DNA from: an uncultured Mycoplasmatota bacterium
Lineage (GTDB): Bacteria > Bacillota_I > Bacilli_A > RF39 > UBA660
DNA: 56,898 bases
Direction of reading: 5' to 3'
Assembly: GCA_946553095.1 (NCBI GenBank)
Contig: CAMNRN010000001.1
Coordinates: 1 to 56,898 of the forward strand
In this document: piece after piece, positions 1 to 10,041 of the stretch
How positions within the stretch are numbered: the first letter of the stretch is position 1
Layout: each line of letters begins with the position of its first letter
Notes under the pieces: model-generated
What the model was told of the DNA's origin: nothing
The model's input: only the letters and a program-made list of their open reading frames with translations
Databases searched by the model: none
Program-made: the position numbers and the translations under genes

Positions 1-136
1 TTCCTAATTGATTACTCTCTCTACTATGCCCATTTTACAAAAAAAAAAAAAAAAACTTCCATACATTTTTGAAAATTTTTCTTAATTTCGATGTAAATTG
101 TCATAACTTGACGCTTCAAAAAGAAAAAACAAAATA

Positions 137-574
137 TCACATACTTTGTTCTTCATCCTCATCGATAACCATAAAATCTTGTAATTCATCATCAACGACA
201 TCTTCTGTATCATCTTCTTTTTCATAAAAGATATCTTCCTCTTCTGATACTTCATCTGTATTATCATCAACAATATCTTCGACTAAATCTTCTTCATCAA
301 AAGCATCTTCTATCACAATATTGACATTATGTCTTGATTGTAAATCCCAAAATCCATTTTCCAGCATCGTAAATTTTTTATTCGTTGACATTAATTCAAA
401 AAAATCTAATAATTGATCTTGAGCAACGCCTTGTGACAACTCTAAAGCATCACATACTTTTTGAAAAATGTCTACAAGTTTCATTTTCTTTCCAGATTCT
501 TGCAAAATTATATATGCTATATCATCATAGCCCATCAATTCTAATTCTTCCTTAGGTATTTCTTTTAATTTCAT
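137..574 (-). CDS. rpoE: DNA-directed RNA polymerase delta subunit
   Basis: The N-terminus MKLKEIPKEELELMGYDDIAYIIL... is the HARE-HTH type, followed by the long D/E-rich tail typical of Firmicute RpoE. ATG at 574 is preceded by AGGGAGGA. The ORF-track start at 613 would overlap argS. Stop codon is TGA. Confidence 0.8.
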   Translation of the reverse strand: MKLKEIPKEELELMGYDDIAYIILQESGKKMKLVDIFQKVCDALELSQGVAQDQLLDFFELMSTNKKFTMLENGFWDLQSRHNVNIVIEDAFDEEDLVEDIVDDNTDEVSEEEDIFYEKEDDTEDVVDDELQDFMVIDEDEEQSM

Positions 575-584
575 GTTATCCTCC

Positions 585-2201
585 CTACATTTTTTCTGGT
601 GGAATGACACCAATCAAATCAAGCGCATTAAAAATAGTTTGCTTAACACATTTAATCAAATTAATTCTTTCCAAAGTTTCTTCCTCATTATCTGTGATAA
701 TTCTTGTTTTACTATAATAAAGATGGAACAAACTTGCAAGTTCATAAACATAATTCGTAATCAAATGAGGTAGTTCCTTCATCGCAGCATTTTCTACAAT
801 TTCAGGGAACTCATAAACTTTTTCTAAAACATTATATGATACATCATCATTTAATGCAACATATTTAGCAATATCTTTTTCTTTTTTTACTTCTTTTAAT
901 ATTGAACAAATTCTTGCATAAGCATAACACACGTAATAAACAGGGTTTTCATTAGACTTTGCCTTAGCTTGTGTCAAATCAAAATCCATCTGAGTATCAA
1001 GACTATATCTAGAGAAAAAATATCGAGCAGCATTAACTCCTACTTCGTCCATTAACTCTTTCAAAGTTACAGATTTCCCTGTTCTTTTACTCATTTTAAC
1101 AACTTCACCGTTTTCCACTAGTCTCACTAATTGCAAAAGTTTAACATCCAACTTTTTTTCATCATTATGAAGAGCCATCACACTGCTTTTTAACCTTGCA
1201 ACATAACCATGATGATCAGTTCCTAAAATATCGATCATTTTGTCATACCCACGTTGATATTTATCTAAATGATAGCAAATATCTGGAACAAGATAAGTCA
1301 TACTTCCATCACTACGCACTAAAACATGATCTTTATCATCTAATAAATCACTACATTTAAACCAAATAGCGCCTTCACTTTCATAAGTATAGCCATTATC
1401 TTTTAAAATATGAATAATTTTTTTTGCATCTACTTTTTTTACAATATCTTTTTCACTTGATAGAACATCGTATTCTATTCTATATTCCCTTAAATCAGCC
1501 AAAATATGTTGTAATAATTCTTTTTTTCCTTTTTCTTTAAAAAACTCTATATCCTTATCTAAAGCAGATGTGCCAAATTCATTATATATTTGTTCAGCAA
1601 TTGCAATAATTTCCTTCCCATAATACCCATTTGCAGGCATCTCAAAACTCTCTTTACAAATTTCTTGATAACGGGCCAAGATTGATAAACCTAAGTTATC
1701 AATTTGACTCCCAGCATCATTAATATAATATTCTTTTGTCACATCAAACCCAGCAAAAGTCAAAATTCTTGCCAAAGAATCTCCATAAGCACCGCCTCGT
1801 GCATTACCCAAATGCAAAATACCTGTAGGATTCGCACTAACAAACTCGATATTGATGGATTTCCCATCTCCCATATGACTTCTTCCATAATTACTTTTTT
1901 CTTCTAAAACCTTATTTATATTAGCAAACAAATAATCTTTTTTCATAAAAAAATTAATAAAGCCCGGTTTTTTTATTTCCACTTTTTCTATTTCATCATC
2001 TTGTAAGCTTTTTACAATACTTTCTGCCACATCCATTGGACTTTGATGCAATAAACCAGCCAATTTCATCGCTACATTAGTCGCATAATCTCCATTATCC
2101 TTTTCTTTAGGTTTCATAACTTCAACTAAAACATCTTCACTACTAATTTCTTTTACAGCTTTAGAAATAATTTCTATCAACTTTTGTTTCATATTACTCA
2201 C
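585..2201 (-). CDS. argS: Arginyl-tRNA synthetase
   Basis: 538 aa. Class I aaRS with SANPTGILHLGNARG (HIGH-type) and MSKRTGK (KMSKS-type) motifs, full length. Confidence 0.95.
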   Translation of the reverse strand: MSNMKQKLIEIISKAVKEISSEDVLVEVMKPKEKDNGDYATNVAMKLAGLLHQSPMDVAESIVKSLQDDEIEKVEIKKPGFINFFMKKDYLFANINKVLEEKSNYGRSHMGDGKSINIEFVSANPTGILHLGNARGGAYGDSLARILTFAGFDVTKEYYINDAGSQIDNLGLSILARYQEICKESFEMPANGYYGKEIIAIAEQIYNEFGTSALDKDIEFFKEKGKKELLQHILADLREYRIEYDVLSSEKDIVKKVDAKKIIHILKDNGYTYESEGAIWFKCSDLLDDKDHVLVRSDGSMTYLVPDICYHLDKYQRGYDKMIDILGTDHHGYVARLKSSVMALHNDEKKLDVKLLQLVRLVENGEVVKMSKRTGKSVTLKELMDEVGVNAARYFFSRYSLDTQMDFDLTQAKAKSNENPVYYVCYAYARICSILKEVKKEKDIAKYVALNDDVSYNVLEKVYEFPEIVENAAMKELPHLITNYVYELASLFHLYYSKTRIITDNEEETLERINLIKCVKQTIFNALDLIGVIPPEKM

Positions 2202-2530
2202 ACCATTTCTATTACAATCATTTTTATTTCATCATCTATTTGATACTCTAATTTTATTTCCTTTTCCCCCACCACTAACTTAGAAATAATATCAATCGTA
2301 CACTCTTCACCATTACTAAATTTAAAGTACGCCTGATTTAATACAAAATTAATTTTCATAGTTACATCATTTAGCTTTCTTTCGTACACTTTATTTTCTA
2401 AATCAATAGTATTCTCGCCATCTTTATCTTTATATATAAACTTACTATCTTTTTTTTCTATAAAAATATCTTTTAGATCTATTACAACTTGACCATTATT
2501 AAACAATTTCCAATTTATCTTACATTCCAA
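2198..2530 (-). CDS. DUF1934 (YwiB-like) small beta-barrel protein
   Basis: It sits immediately upstream of argS and overlaps it, as ywiB does in Bacillus. The likely start is TTG at 2530, preceded by AGAGAGGGA. The ORF-track ATG at 2590 has no RBS. Confidence 0.5.
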   Translation of the reverse strand: MECKINWKLFNNGQVVIDLKDIFIEKKDSKFIYKDKDGENTIDLENKVYERKLNDVTMKINFVLNQAYFKFSNGEECTIDIISKLVVGEKEIKLEYQIDDEIKMIVIEMV

Positions 2531-2657
2531 AAAATATCCCTCTCTTTTTTCCCAAACATTATAGCATGTATACTTTAATATGTAAAACAATTTTTTAGAA
2601 ACTTTATACTTATAAAATTTCTAAATATTTCCATAATAAAAATAAAGGTGAACATTC

Positions 2658-4622
2658 ATGAAATTTATTAAGTTTTTAATAAAATCAGCAATATTTTGTT
2701 TTATATCATTTATTGTTATCATAATAGGACTTTATACATATGCTTATCTAAGTCCCAAATTAGATTTAAAAACCAGTGGTAGTTTATACATATATGACAA
2801 TGAAGATAATTTAATATACCAAGGATCTAGTTCCAATGAATGGGAAACACTAGAAAATATTAGTCCTTATCTTTTAGATGCCGTCGTCGCTGTTGAAGAT
2901 AAAAATTTTTATAAACACAATGGTTTTGATTATTTAAGAATAGCCAAAGCAATGATGTTAAATATAAAAAAAGGCACAATTGTCCAAGGTGCTTCAACTA
3001 TTTCTCAACAATACATTAAGAATTTATATTTAGATTTCAATCAAACATGGCGAAGAAAAATTGAAGAGGCTTTTTTAACGCTAGAATTAGAAGTTCATTA
3101 TGAAAAAGAAGACATTTTAGAAGGCTATTTAAACACCATTAACTATGGTCAAGGAAATATTGGTATAGTAAATGCTGCCAGTTACTATTTCAACAAAAAG
3201 CCGAGTGAACTTTCTCTAGAAGAAGCCATAATGCTTGCTGGAATACCTAAAAATCCCAGTAGATATAATCCTGTCACAAGCTACGAAAACTGTCTTAAAA
3301 GAGCTAAAACTGTGGCTAAAAGTATGTTAAAAAACAATTACATCACGGAAGATGAATATAACAATTTATATCAAACAGAAATACCCATTCATAAAGACCA
3401 TAAAGAAGGAAATTTACAAATGCTAATGTATTACAATGATGCCGTTCATAAGGAATTAAACAGCTTAAGTGAAATCCCACCTTCTTTAATTGACTCTGGA
3501 GGTATTAAAATTTATACCACTCTCGATTTTGAAGCTCAAAAAGATATGGAAGAAAGCATTCTTGAGAATAAAGCAGATGAAGAGGTTCAAGTTGCAAGCA
3601 TCATTGTCGATCCTCAAACTGGAGCAGTAAAAGCCTTAACTGGAGGAATGAACTACGCAAAAAGTCAATATAATCGTGCCTTAAGTTCCAAAAGACAAGT
3701 AGGATCAACCATGAAACCTTTTCTTTACTATTCAGCTCTGGAAAATAATCTAACCATGTCATCAACATTTGCTAGCACTCCGACGACTTTTAATCTATCG
3801 AATGGCCGAACATATTCGCCAATTAACGCTAGTAATGTTTATGCAGGAAAAGACATCACTATGGCCGCAGCAGTTGCCTTTTCTGATAATATTTATGCCA
3901 TTAAAACCCACCTTTTTTTAGGAGAAGACAAGATGATTGAAGTGGCCAAAAGAACTGGAATAGAAAAAGAATTAGATGAAGTAGCCTCACTCCCATTAGG
4001 AACAAGTGAGATAAATATCCTAGATTTTGCCACTGGCTATACTACTTTTGCCTCTGGAGGATACCGCAAAGACTTATATTTTATTGAAAAAATCGAGGAT
4101 TTAGATGGAAATATTATTTATGAACATGAGCAAGAAAAAACTCTCGTTTTAAACCCTAATTACACCTACATTTTAAATGAAATGTTAACATCAACAACTA
4201 ATAGTGCATTTGTTGATTACACTACACCGACAGCATTAAATATTTCTAAAAAACTCACTAATAAATATGCCATCAAAACTGGCACAACCAATACAGATTA
4301 TTGGATTGTAGGCTACAATAAAGATCGATTAGTTATAACTTGGATGGGATATGACAATAACCTATCAATGAACAATAAAGTCCGCAACAGTGCTAAGAAT
4401 GCTTGGGCTGAAACAATTGAAAAATCTTTAAAAAATGTTGAAACTGCTTGGTACGAAACTCCTAAGAATATTGTAGCCCTCCCACTTAATGCTATCACCG
4501 GAGTTACAACAACTAATTCTAATAAAGCGACATTATTTTACTATTTAAAAGGTTCTGAACCGACCTATACCAAAGAACAATATGTATCAACAGAAGATAA
4601 AAAAGAATCTTCCAAAAAATAG
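2658..4622 (+). CDS. Class A penicillin-binding protein (GT51 transglycosylase plus transpeptidase)
   Basis: N-terminal TM anchor. GT51 motifs EDKNFYKHNGFD, GASTISQQ and RKIEEA. Transpeptidase motifs STMKP (SxxK), SDN (SxN) and KTGTT. Confidence 0.9.
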   Translation: MKFIKFLIKSAIFCFISFIVIIIGLYTYAYLSPKLDLKTSGSLYIYDNEDNLIYQGSSSNEWETLENISPYLLDAVVAVEDKNFYKHNGFDYLRIAKAMMLNIKKGTIVQGASTISQQYIKNLYLDFNQTWRRKIEEAFLTLELEVHYEKEDILEGYLNTINYGQGNIGIVNAASYYFNKKPSELSLEEAIMLAGIPKNPSRYNPVTSYENCLKRAKTVAKSMLKNNYITEDEYNNLYQTEIPIHKDHKEGNLQMLMYYNDAVHKELNSLSEIPPSLIDSGGIKIYTTLDFEAQKDMEESILENKADEEVQVASIIVDPQTGAVKALTGGMNYAKSQYNRALSSKRQVGSTMKPFLYYSALENNLTMSSTFASTPTTFNLSNGRTYSPINASNVYAGKDITMAAAVAFSDNIYAIKTHLFLGEDKMIEVAKRTGIEKELDEVASLPLGTSEINILDFATGYTTFASGGYRKDLYFIEKIEDLDGNIIYEHEQEKTLVLNPNYTYILNEMLTSTTNSAFVDYTTPTALNISKKLTNKYAIKTGTTNTDYWIVGYNKDRLVITWMGYDNNLSMNNKVRNSAKNAWAETIEKSLKNVETAWYETPKNIVALPLNAITGVTTTNSNKATLFYYLKGSEPTYTKEQYVSTEDKKESSKK

Positions 4623-4634
4623 CTTAGAAAACAA

Positions 4635-4666
4635 AAAAATGCTTCATTTTCGTGAAAGCATTTTTT
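4635..4666. terminator. Bidirectional rho-independent terminator between convergent genes
   Basis: AAAAATGCTT..AAAGCATTTTT hairpin flanked by an A-run and a T-run, between the PBP stop (4622) and the thioredoxin-like stop (4670). Confidence 0.6.
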
Positions 4667-4669
4667 AAT

Positions 4670-5299
4670 TTACTTATTACAATCTGTACAGACTTCTAAA
4701 GCCTCTTTAACTTTTTTCATCGATGCAGACAATTTTTTCTTTAAATCTTTTATCTCATCATCATTCCAATAATCTTTAGGATTTTTTAATCCATGTGTAT
4801 CTTTAGAAGTTTCATAATCATTAGCAATTATTTTCCCATCAATATGAAAAGAAACATTAGGAACAAATATCCACTCCTCCCCTTCATCAGTAAATTGTAA
4901 ATGACCAGATAAAATAGAAATCAGCTTATGATATTTATCCATATCTTCTTCCTTAATTTTTTTAGTATTACCATAATATATTTTATCAATTCCAACTTCT
5001 TTAGCTACTTCATTAAGATACTTCACATATTCTTGGCACCAAGGACATTCAGGATAACCTAAATAAACAACCCCAGTTCCATTTTCCATAATCTTAATTA
5101 TTTCATCAACATCTTTATAAACAAAAACGTTATCTTCATCAATTTCTTCATAATCTGCTGCAAACCTTTCTGCATCAGTCTGTTTTTCTTCTATTTGATT
5201 TTGATTATCATCATCTTTATCTTTTAAAAGAAAATATCCTCCAACACCTAACCCTAAAATAACTATCAAAAATAAAATTACAATATTTCTCTTTTTCAT
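4670..5299 (-). CDS. Membrane-anchored thioredoxin-fold protein (CxxC)
   Basis: N-terminal TM segment. YLGYPECPWCQ carries a CPWC redox motif in a thioredoxin-like context. Confidence 0.6.
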   Translation of the reverse strand: MKKRNIVILFLIVILGLGVGGYFLLKDKDDDNQNQIEEKQTDAERFAADYEEIDEDNVFVYKDVDEIIKIMENGTGVVYLGYPECPWCQEYVKYLNEVAKEVGIDKIYYGNTKKIKEEDMDKYHKLISILSGHLQFTDEGEEWIFVPNVSFHIDGKIIANDYETSKDTHGLKNPKDYWNDDEIKDLKKKLSASMKKVKEALEVCTDCNK

Positions 5300-5394
5300 A
5301 CTTCGCCCTCCAACTTTATTAAACCGCGAATATTATCAATTAACAAGCAAATCTAAGTTGAATATTTTATCAACCTCAAGTTGAGAAATAAACA

Positions 5395-6093
5395 TTAACA
5401 ATTATCATCTAATTGCAAAGGTATTTTATAAGTAGTTATTGTTTCATTTTCTGACATAGCTTCTATTTCTAAAAATAAAGAATTTTCTTTATAAAAAGCA
5501 CAAGCAGCTTCATAATGATCAACATTAAAATTAACATTTTTTAAAAATTCAGCTAAAGAGATTGATTTTTCATCCTCATAATTGCTTTGACTAATTTCAT
5601 ATTTAGCATTTCCTTTTACTTCATATAAAAGACACTTAATTGAAAAGTATTCTTTTTCATCTTCATCACCACAATACGTTATATTAGATATATATATAGA
5701 AGACTTATTATCATTATAAGCTAGACTACCATACAAATTAAAATTATCGCAATTAGCCCGCAAAGTTTTAAAAGTAAAATCATCATCATCTTTCACAAAC
5801 TTAAATATAAAAAAAGCACTTACTGCAAAAACAATAATCAAAATAAACACCAATCCAATATAATGTTTACGTTTTTTCATATCGATTTCTTTTGCATCAA
5901 AAAAATCATCTAAATTTAAATTATATTCTTTGCACATCATTCTTAATATTGTGATATCTGGAATATTCTTTCCAGTTTCCCACTTACTAACAGCTTGATA
6001 CGTAACCCCAAATTTCTCAGCAAACTTTTGTTGACTTAAATTTTCTCGAAGACGAATCTCTTTAATAAATTTTCCAATCTTTTCTTGATCCAT
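5395..6093 (-). CDS. Membrane-anchored XRE-family HTH regulator with Cys-containing extracytoplasmic domain
   Basis: N-terminal HTH_3 (LSQQKFAEKFGVTYQAVSKWETGKNIPD), a central TM segment (IGLVFILIIVFAVSAFFIF) and a C-terminal domain of about 130 aa. Confidence 0.65.
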   Translation of the reverse strand: MDQEKIGKFIKEIRLRENLSQQKFAEKFGVTYQAVSKWETGKNIPDITILRMMCKEYNLNLDDFFDAKEIDMKKRKHYIGLVFILIIVFAVSAFFIFKFVKDDDDFTFKTLRANCDNFNLYGSLAYNDNKSSIYISNITYCGDEDEKEYFSIKCLLYEVKGNAKYEISQSNYEDEKSISLAEFLKNVNFNVDHYEAACAFYKENSLFLEIEAMSENETITTYKIPLQLDDNC

Positions 6094-6186
6094 ACCGCTT
6101 ACTCCTAAATAACAATCTTATTATATCAAAAATTAATCAATTATTAATTAAAATTATAAAAAAATTCATATTCTCCTCAATATGAA

Positions 6187-7335
6187 CTAAATTTTATCTT
6201 TTTTTATTGTTATATTAATTTTATACTCAGTAGGCAAATTAATTTCTTCTACTTTTACTTTATCACTATCTAAGTGTAAATTACGAATCGTCGCAATAAT
6301 ATCATTTAAGAAAGTATTATCTGTAACACTTTTATCTTCCTTAACTGATGGTATAATAAAATCATCCAACATTTCAATTCCATCAGTATTATTAAGAATA
6401 TCTTCCATTGATGGTAACTTGGAATTATCCACAGCTTTTTCTTCCACAGGATTAATAATAGGCACTGGTTTTTCTTCCATACTCATATTTGCAGCTTCAT
6501 CTTCTAAAAAATTAAAAAACTTATTTGGCATACTTTGAGCACTAGGAAAACCATTATTAACAGGTGCTATATCGACATTTGGCGTATTATCCATTGCTAA
6601 ATCCAAATCCTTCTGTTCATCACTTGCAACTGGTTTAACCGGAGTTATATCCACTGCATTATTAATCATACTTTTTAAATCCGGCCCATTTACAATAGGC
6701 ACTTCTTCATCTTGACCATTATTTCCTATCATCTTTTTTATTTCCTCTTCTAACTGACGTACAGTCAATCTTTCTTCAATTATTCTTTGTAACATTTTCT
6801 TTTGTTCATCTTGATTTTTTATCTTAAGCAAGCTTCGAGCATGTCTTTCTGAAATCTTTTCTTGTAAGACAGCATCTTGAACAGTCTGATCTAAATTGAG
6901 AAGTCTAAGCTTATTAGATATCGCAGCCTGAGATAAACCCATTTTTTTTGCTAAATCTTCTTGCGTCATATACCCTTTATCAAGTAAAGATTTAAAACTA
7001 CGAGCTTCTTCAATTGCTGTCAAATCTTTTCTTTGTACATTTTCCACTACAGCTACTTCTGCACTTTCAAAATCATTCATATTCTTGATAATTGCTGGAA
7101 CAGAAACAAGACCTGCCATCATAGCTGCTTTATATCTTCTTTCTCCAGCAATAATTTCATATTTATCGCCTAATCTTCTCAAAACTAAAGGTAAAATAAT
7201 ACCATGTTGTTTTATTGAACTTGCTAACTCTTCCATTGACTTTTCATCAAAAGAAAGCCGTGGCTGAAAACGATTTGGTATTATATCTTCAATAGGAATT
7301 TGTAAAACCATATTATTCTCTTGTGTATTATTCAC
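6187..7335 (-). CDS. noc: ParB-family protein, Noc-like recognition region, extended linker
   Basis: ParB N-domain with PNRFQPR and IIAGERRYKAA. The HTH region SQAAISNKLRLLNL...ISERHARSL resembles Bacillus Noc rather than Spo0J. It lies next to rsmG, as noc does in B. subtilis. It has about 100 residues more than typical ParB/Noc, from an insertion at about aa 205-340. Confidence 0.7.
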   Translation of the reverse strand: MNNTQENNMVLQIPIEDIIPNRFQPRLSFDEKSMEELASSIKQHGIILPLVLRRLGDKYEIIAGERRYKAAMMAGLVSVPAIIKNMNDFESAEVAVVENVQRKDLTAIEEARSFKSLLDKGYMTQEDLAKKMGLSQAAISNKLRLLNLDQTVQDAVLQEKISERHARSLLKIKNQDEQKKMLQRIIEERLTVRQLEEEIKKMIGNNGQDEEVPIVNGPDLKSMINNAVDITPVKPVASDEQKDLDLAMDNTPNVDIAPVNNGFPSAQSMPNKFFNFLEDEAANMSMEEKPVPIINPVEEKAVDNSKLPSMEDILNNTDGIEMLDDFIIPSVKEDKSVTDNTFLNDIIATIRNLHLDSDKVKVEEINLPTEYKINITIKKDKI

Positions 7336-7371
7336 TATTAATCAACCCTTTACTTATACTATAATTTTATC

Positions 7372-8091
7372 CTACTTACCATTCTTTTGCAATGGTTTTT
7401 TTATTATTTTTTCATAACTTCTTAATTCGTTTTCTTTTGTATCTCTAATCTTCTGAATTTTAATCAAAGATCGTTCACCTTCATCATGATAAAGAAAAAA
7501 AACTTCATTTAAAACTACTTTTCCTCCCATTATATCAATAGTTTGTTGAGCCTCACTGAGTTCTTCTTCTCCTTTTCCCTTCATCGCTACAAAAAATCCC
7601 TCGACATTAACTAAAGGAAGTGAAATTTCTGATAAAACACGCATAGAAGCGACTGCACGTGCCGTAACTAAATCAAAAGAGTTTAAATGATGCAAAGAAA
7701 AATTCTCTACTCGATCATTGACAATTTCGATGTTGATAAGTCCCAGTTTATCAACAACTTGTTTTAAAAATTTCGTTTTTTTGTTATTGGAATCAATTAA
7801 AGTCAAAGATAAATGCGGATAAAAAATTTTCAAAACAAGACCAGGAAACCCCGCACCACTTCCGATATCCAATAAAGTATCAATATCATTTAAATCTACG
7901 GCTTTTACAATAGTGAGTGAATCATAAAAATGTTTTAAATAAACATCTTCTTCATTTCTTATAGCAGTAAGATTGGTATGTTTATTATATTCTAATAAGA
8001 AGTCACAATAAACTTTTAATTGACTTAAACAACGATCTGTCCATTTTATATTCAACCCTTCTAACGCTTTTTTAAATTCTTCTTGCCTCAC
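7372..8091 (-). CDS. rsmG: 16S rRNA (guanine527-N7)-methyltransferase
   Basis: 239 aa. SAM-binding motif LLDIGSGAGFPG. Conserved position upstream of mnmG. Confidence 0.9.
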   Translation of the reverse strand: MRQEEFKKALEGLNIKWTDRCLSQLKVYCDFLLEYNKHTNLTAIRNEEDVYLKHFYDSLTIVKAVDLNDIDTLLDIGSGAGFPGLVLKIFYPHLSLTLIDSNNKKTKFLKQVVDKLGLINIEIVNDRVENFSLHHLNSFDLVTARAVASMRVLSEISLPLVNVEGFFVAMKGKGEEELSEAQQTIDIMGGKVVLNEVFFLYHDEGERSLIKIQKIRDTKENELRSYEKIIKKPLQKNGK

Positions 8092-8120
8092 AATTAATAT
8101 ATCCTCCTTTATTTATCATT

Positions 8121-9980
8121 TTATTTTAAATTATATTCCTTTTTTAAATAGACACTTAACACTGAAATATCAACAGGATTTACGCCACTAATGCGAGCCG
8201 CTTGAGCAATCGTTTTAGGACGCACTGCTTTCAACTTACTTCTTGCTTCACTAGCTAAATTTAAAATATTATCATAATTAATATCAAAAGGTATTTCTTT
8301 TTCTTCCAATTTCAATAATTTTTCTACTTCTTTATAAGCCTTTTTTATATACCCCTCATACTTTACTTCTATTTCTACTTGTTCTTTAATATCCTTTTCA
8401 AAAGGAATATCGATAATCTTCTCCAGAAAAAAGAGTGTTATCTCGGGTCTTTTTAATAAATCGTAAAAAGACATACTAGAATTTGGAACATCTATTTTAG
8501 AAACTTTAAATATTTCTTTAATCTCATTTGTTAACTTTAAATGATTATTTTTCAAAAAATCTATTAATTTTTCAATATTTTGTCTCTTCTTTAGTAATCT
8601 TTTGTATTGTATTTCACTAATTGTCCCTAAAGAATAAGCATAATCACGAAGTCTTAAATCTGCATTATCATGACGAAGTAATAACCTAAATTCTGCTCGC
8701 GATGTTAGCATTCGATAAGGCTCAACAGTCCCCTTTGTAACTAAATCGTCAATTAAAACCCCAATATAAGCATCACTTCTTTTTAAAATAAATGGCTCTT
8801 TTCCATCAATTTTTAAAACTGCATTAATTCCAGCCATTAAACCTTGTCCAGCAGCTTCTTCATAACCACTAGTTCCATTTATTTGTCCAGCTGTAAACAA
8901 ATTTTCTAATACTTTATTTTCTAAGGAAGCACTAATTTGCAAAGGATCAATTGCATCATACTCAATTGCATAAGCATATTTTGTAATAACAGCATGCTCT
9001 AAGCCTTTCAAACTATGAACCATTTTTTCTTGAACATCTCTCGGCATACTTGTCGAAAAACCTTGAATATACCAATCATCATAATATAAACTCTCAGGCT
9101 CCAAAAATAATTGATGTCTTTCTTTATCGCTAAATCGCACAATTTTATCTTCAATCGACGGACAATATCTAGGACCAACTCCTGTAGCATATCCTCCATA
9201 CATCGCTGATTTTTCTAAATTATCTCGAATTATTTGATGAGTTTCCTGATTAGTATAAATAAGATAACATGGACTTTGATTCTCGATATCATAAGTTGGC
9301 TTATCATCATTACTAAAAGTCCAATATACTTTATCTCCTTCTTCTTTTTGCATCACACTAAAATCGATCGAATTCTTATCGATTCTCTCAGGAGTTCCTG
9401 TTTTTAACCTAATTATCTTCAAGCCATATTCTTTTAACTTATCTGATAAATAATTACTTCTTGCCTCACCATGTGGCCCACCTGGAGTATTTTCACTGCC
9501 AATCAAAATATTCCCTTTTAAATAAGTACCCGTAGTTAAAATTACAGTTTTAGATAGAATCTTCTCTCCATCAGCTAGTACTACTCCTTTTACACAACTT
9601 TGTTCAACTATTAAGTCTTCTACCATAGCCTCTTTTATTTCTAAATTATTCATTTGCAACAAATATTCTTGCATATTTTTAGGATAGGTTACTTTATCAG
9701 CTTGAGCCCTTAATGATCTGACCGCTGGCCCTTTAGAATTATTAAGCATTTTAATCTGAATATGACTTCTATCAGCTATTTTTCCCATAAGCCCACCTAA
9801 AGCGTCAATTTCTCGAACAATAATCCCTTTAGCTGTCCCACCAATTGACGGATTACACGGCATATCGGCTATGTTTTTTATATTTCCAGTTATTAATAGG
9901 GTCTTTTTTCCCATATAAGCAGCAATATGACATGCCTCACTTCCTGCATGTCCACCACCTACTACAATAACATCGTACAT
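8121..9980 (-). CDS. mnmG: tRNA uridine 5-carboxymethylaminomethyl modification enzyme
   Basis: 619 aa. N-terminal FAD motif YDVIVVGGGHAGSEA, full-length GidA family. Confidence 0.95.
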   Translation of the reverse strand: MYDVIVVGGGHAGSEACHIAAYMGKKTLLITGNIKNIADMPCNPSIGGTAKGIIVREIDALGGLMGKIADRSHIQIKMLNNSKGPAVRSLRAQADKVTYPKNMQEYLLQMNNLEIKEAMVEDLIVEQSCVKGVVLADGEKILSKTVILTTGTYLKGNILIGSENTPGGPHGEARSNYLSDKLKEYGLKIIRLKTGTPERIDKNSIDFSVMQKEEGDKVYWTFSNDDKPTYDIENQSPCYLIYTNQETHQIIRDNLEKSAMYGGYATGVGPRYCPSIEDKIVRFSDKERHQLFLEPESLYYDDWYIQGFSTSMPRDVQEKMVHSLKGLEHAVITKYAYAIEYDAIDPLQISASLENKVLENLFTAGQINGTSGYEEAAGQGLMAGINAVLKIDGKEPFILKRSDAYIGVLIDDLVTKGTVEPYRMLTSRAEFRLLLRHDNADLRLRDYAYSLGTISEIQYKRLLKKRQNIEKLIDFLKNNHLKLTNEIKEIFKVSKIDVPNSSMSFYDLLKRPEITLFFLEKIIDIPFEKDIKEQVEIEVKYEGYIKKAYKEVEKLLKLEEKEIPFDINYDNILNLASEARSKLKAVRPKTIAQAARISGVNPVDISVLSVYLKKEYNLK

Positions 9981-10041
9981 TTATCTCACCACTCATTCGT
10001 TTTCATTTCTATCATTACATCGATCACTTTACCTACATCTC

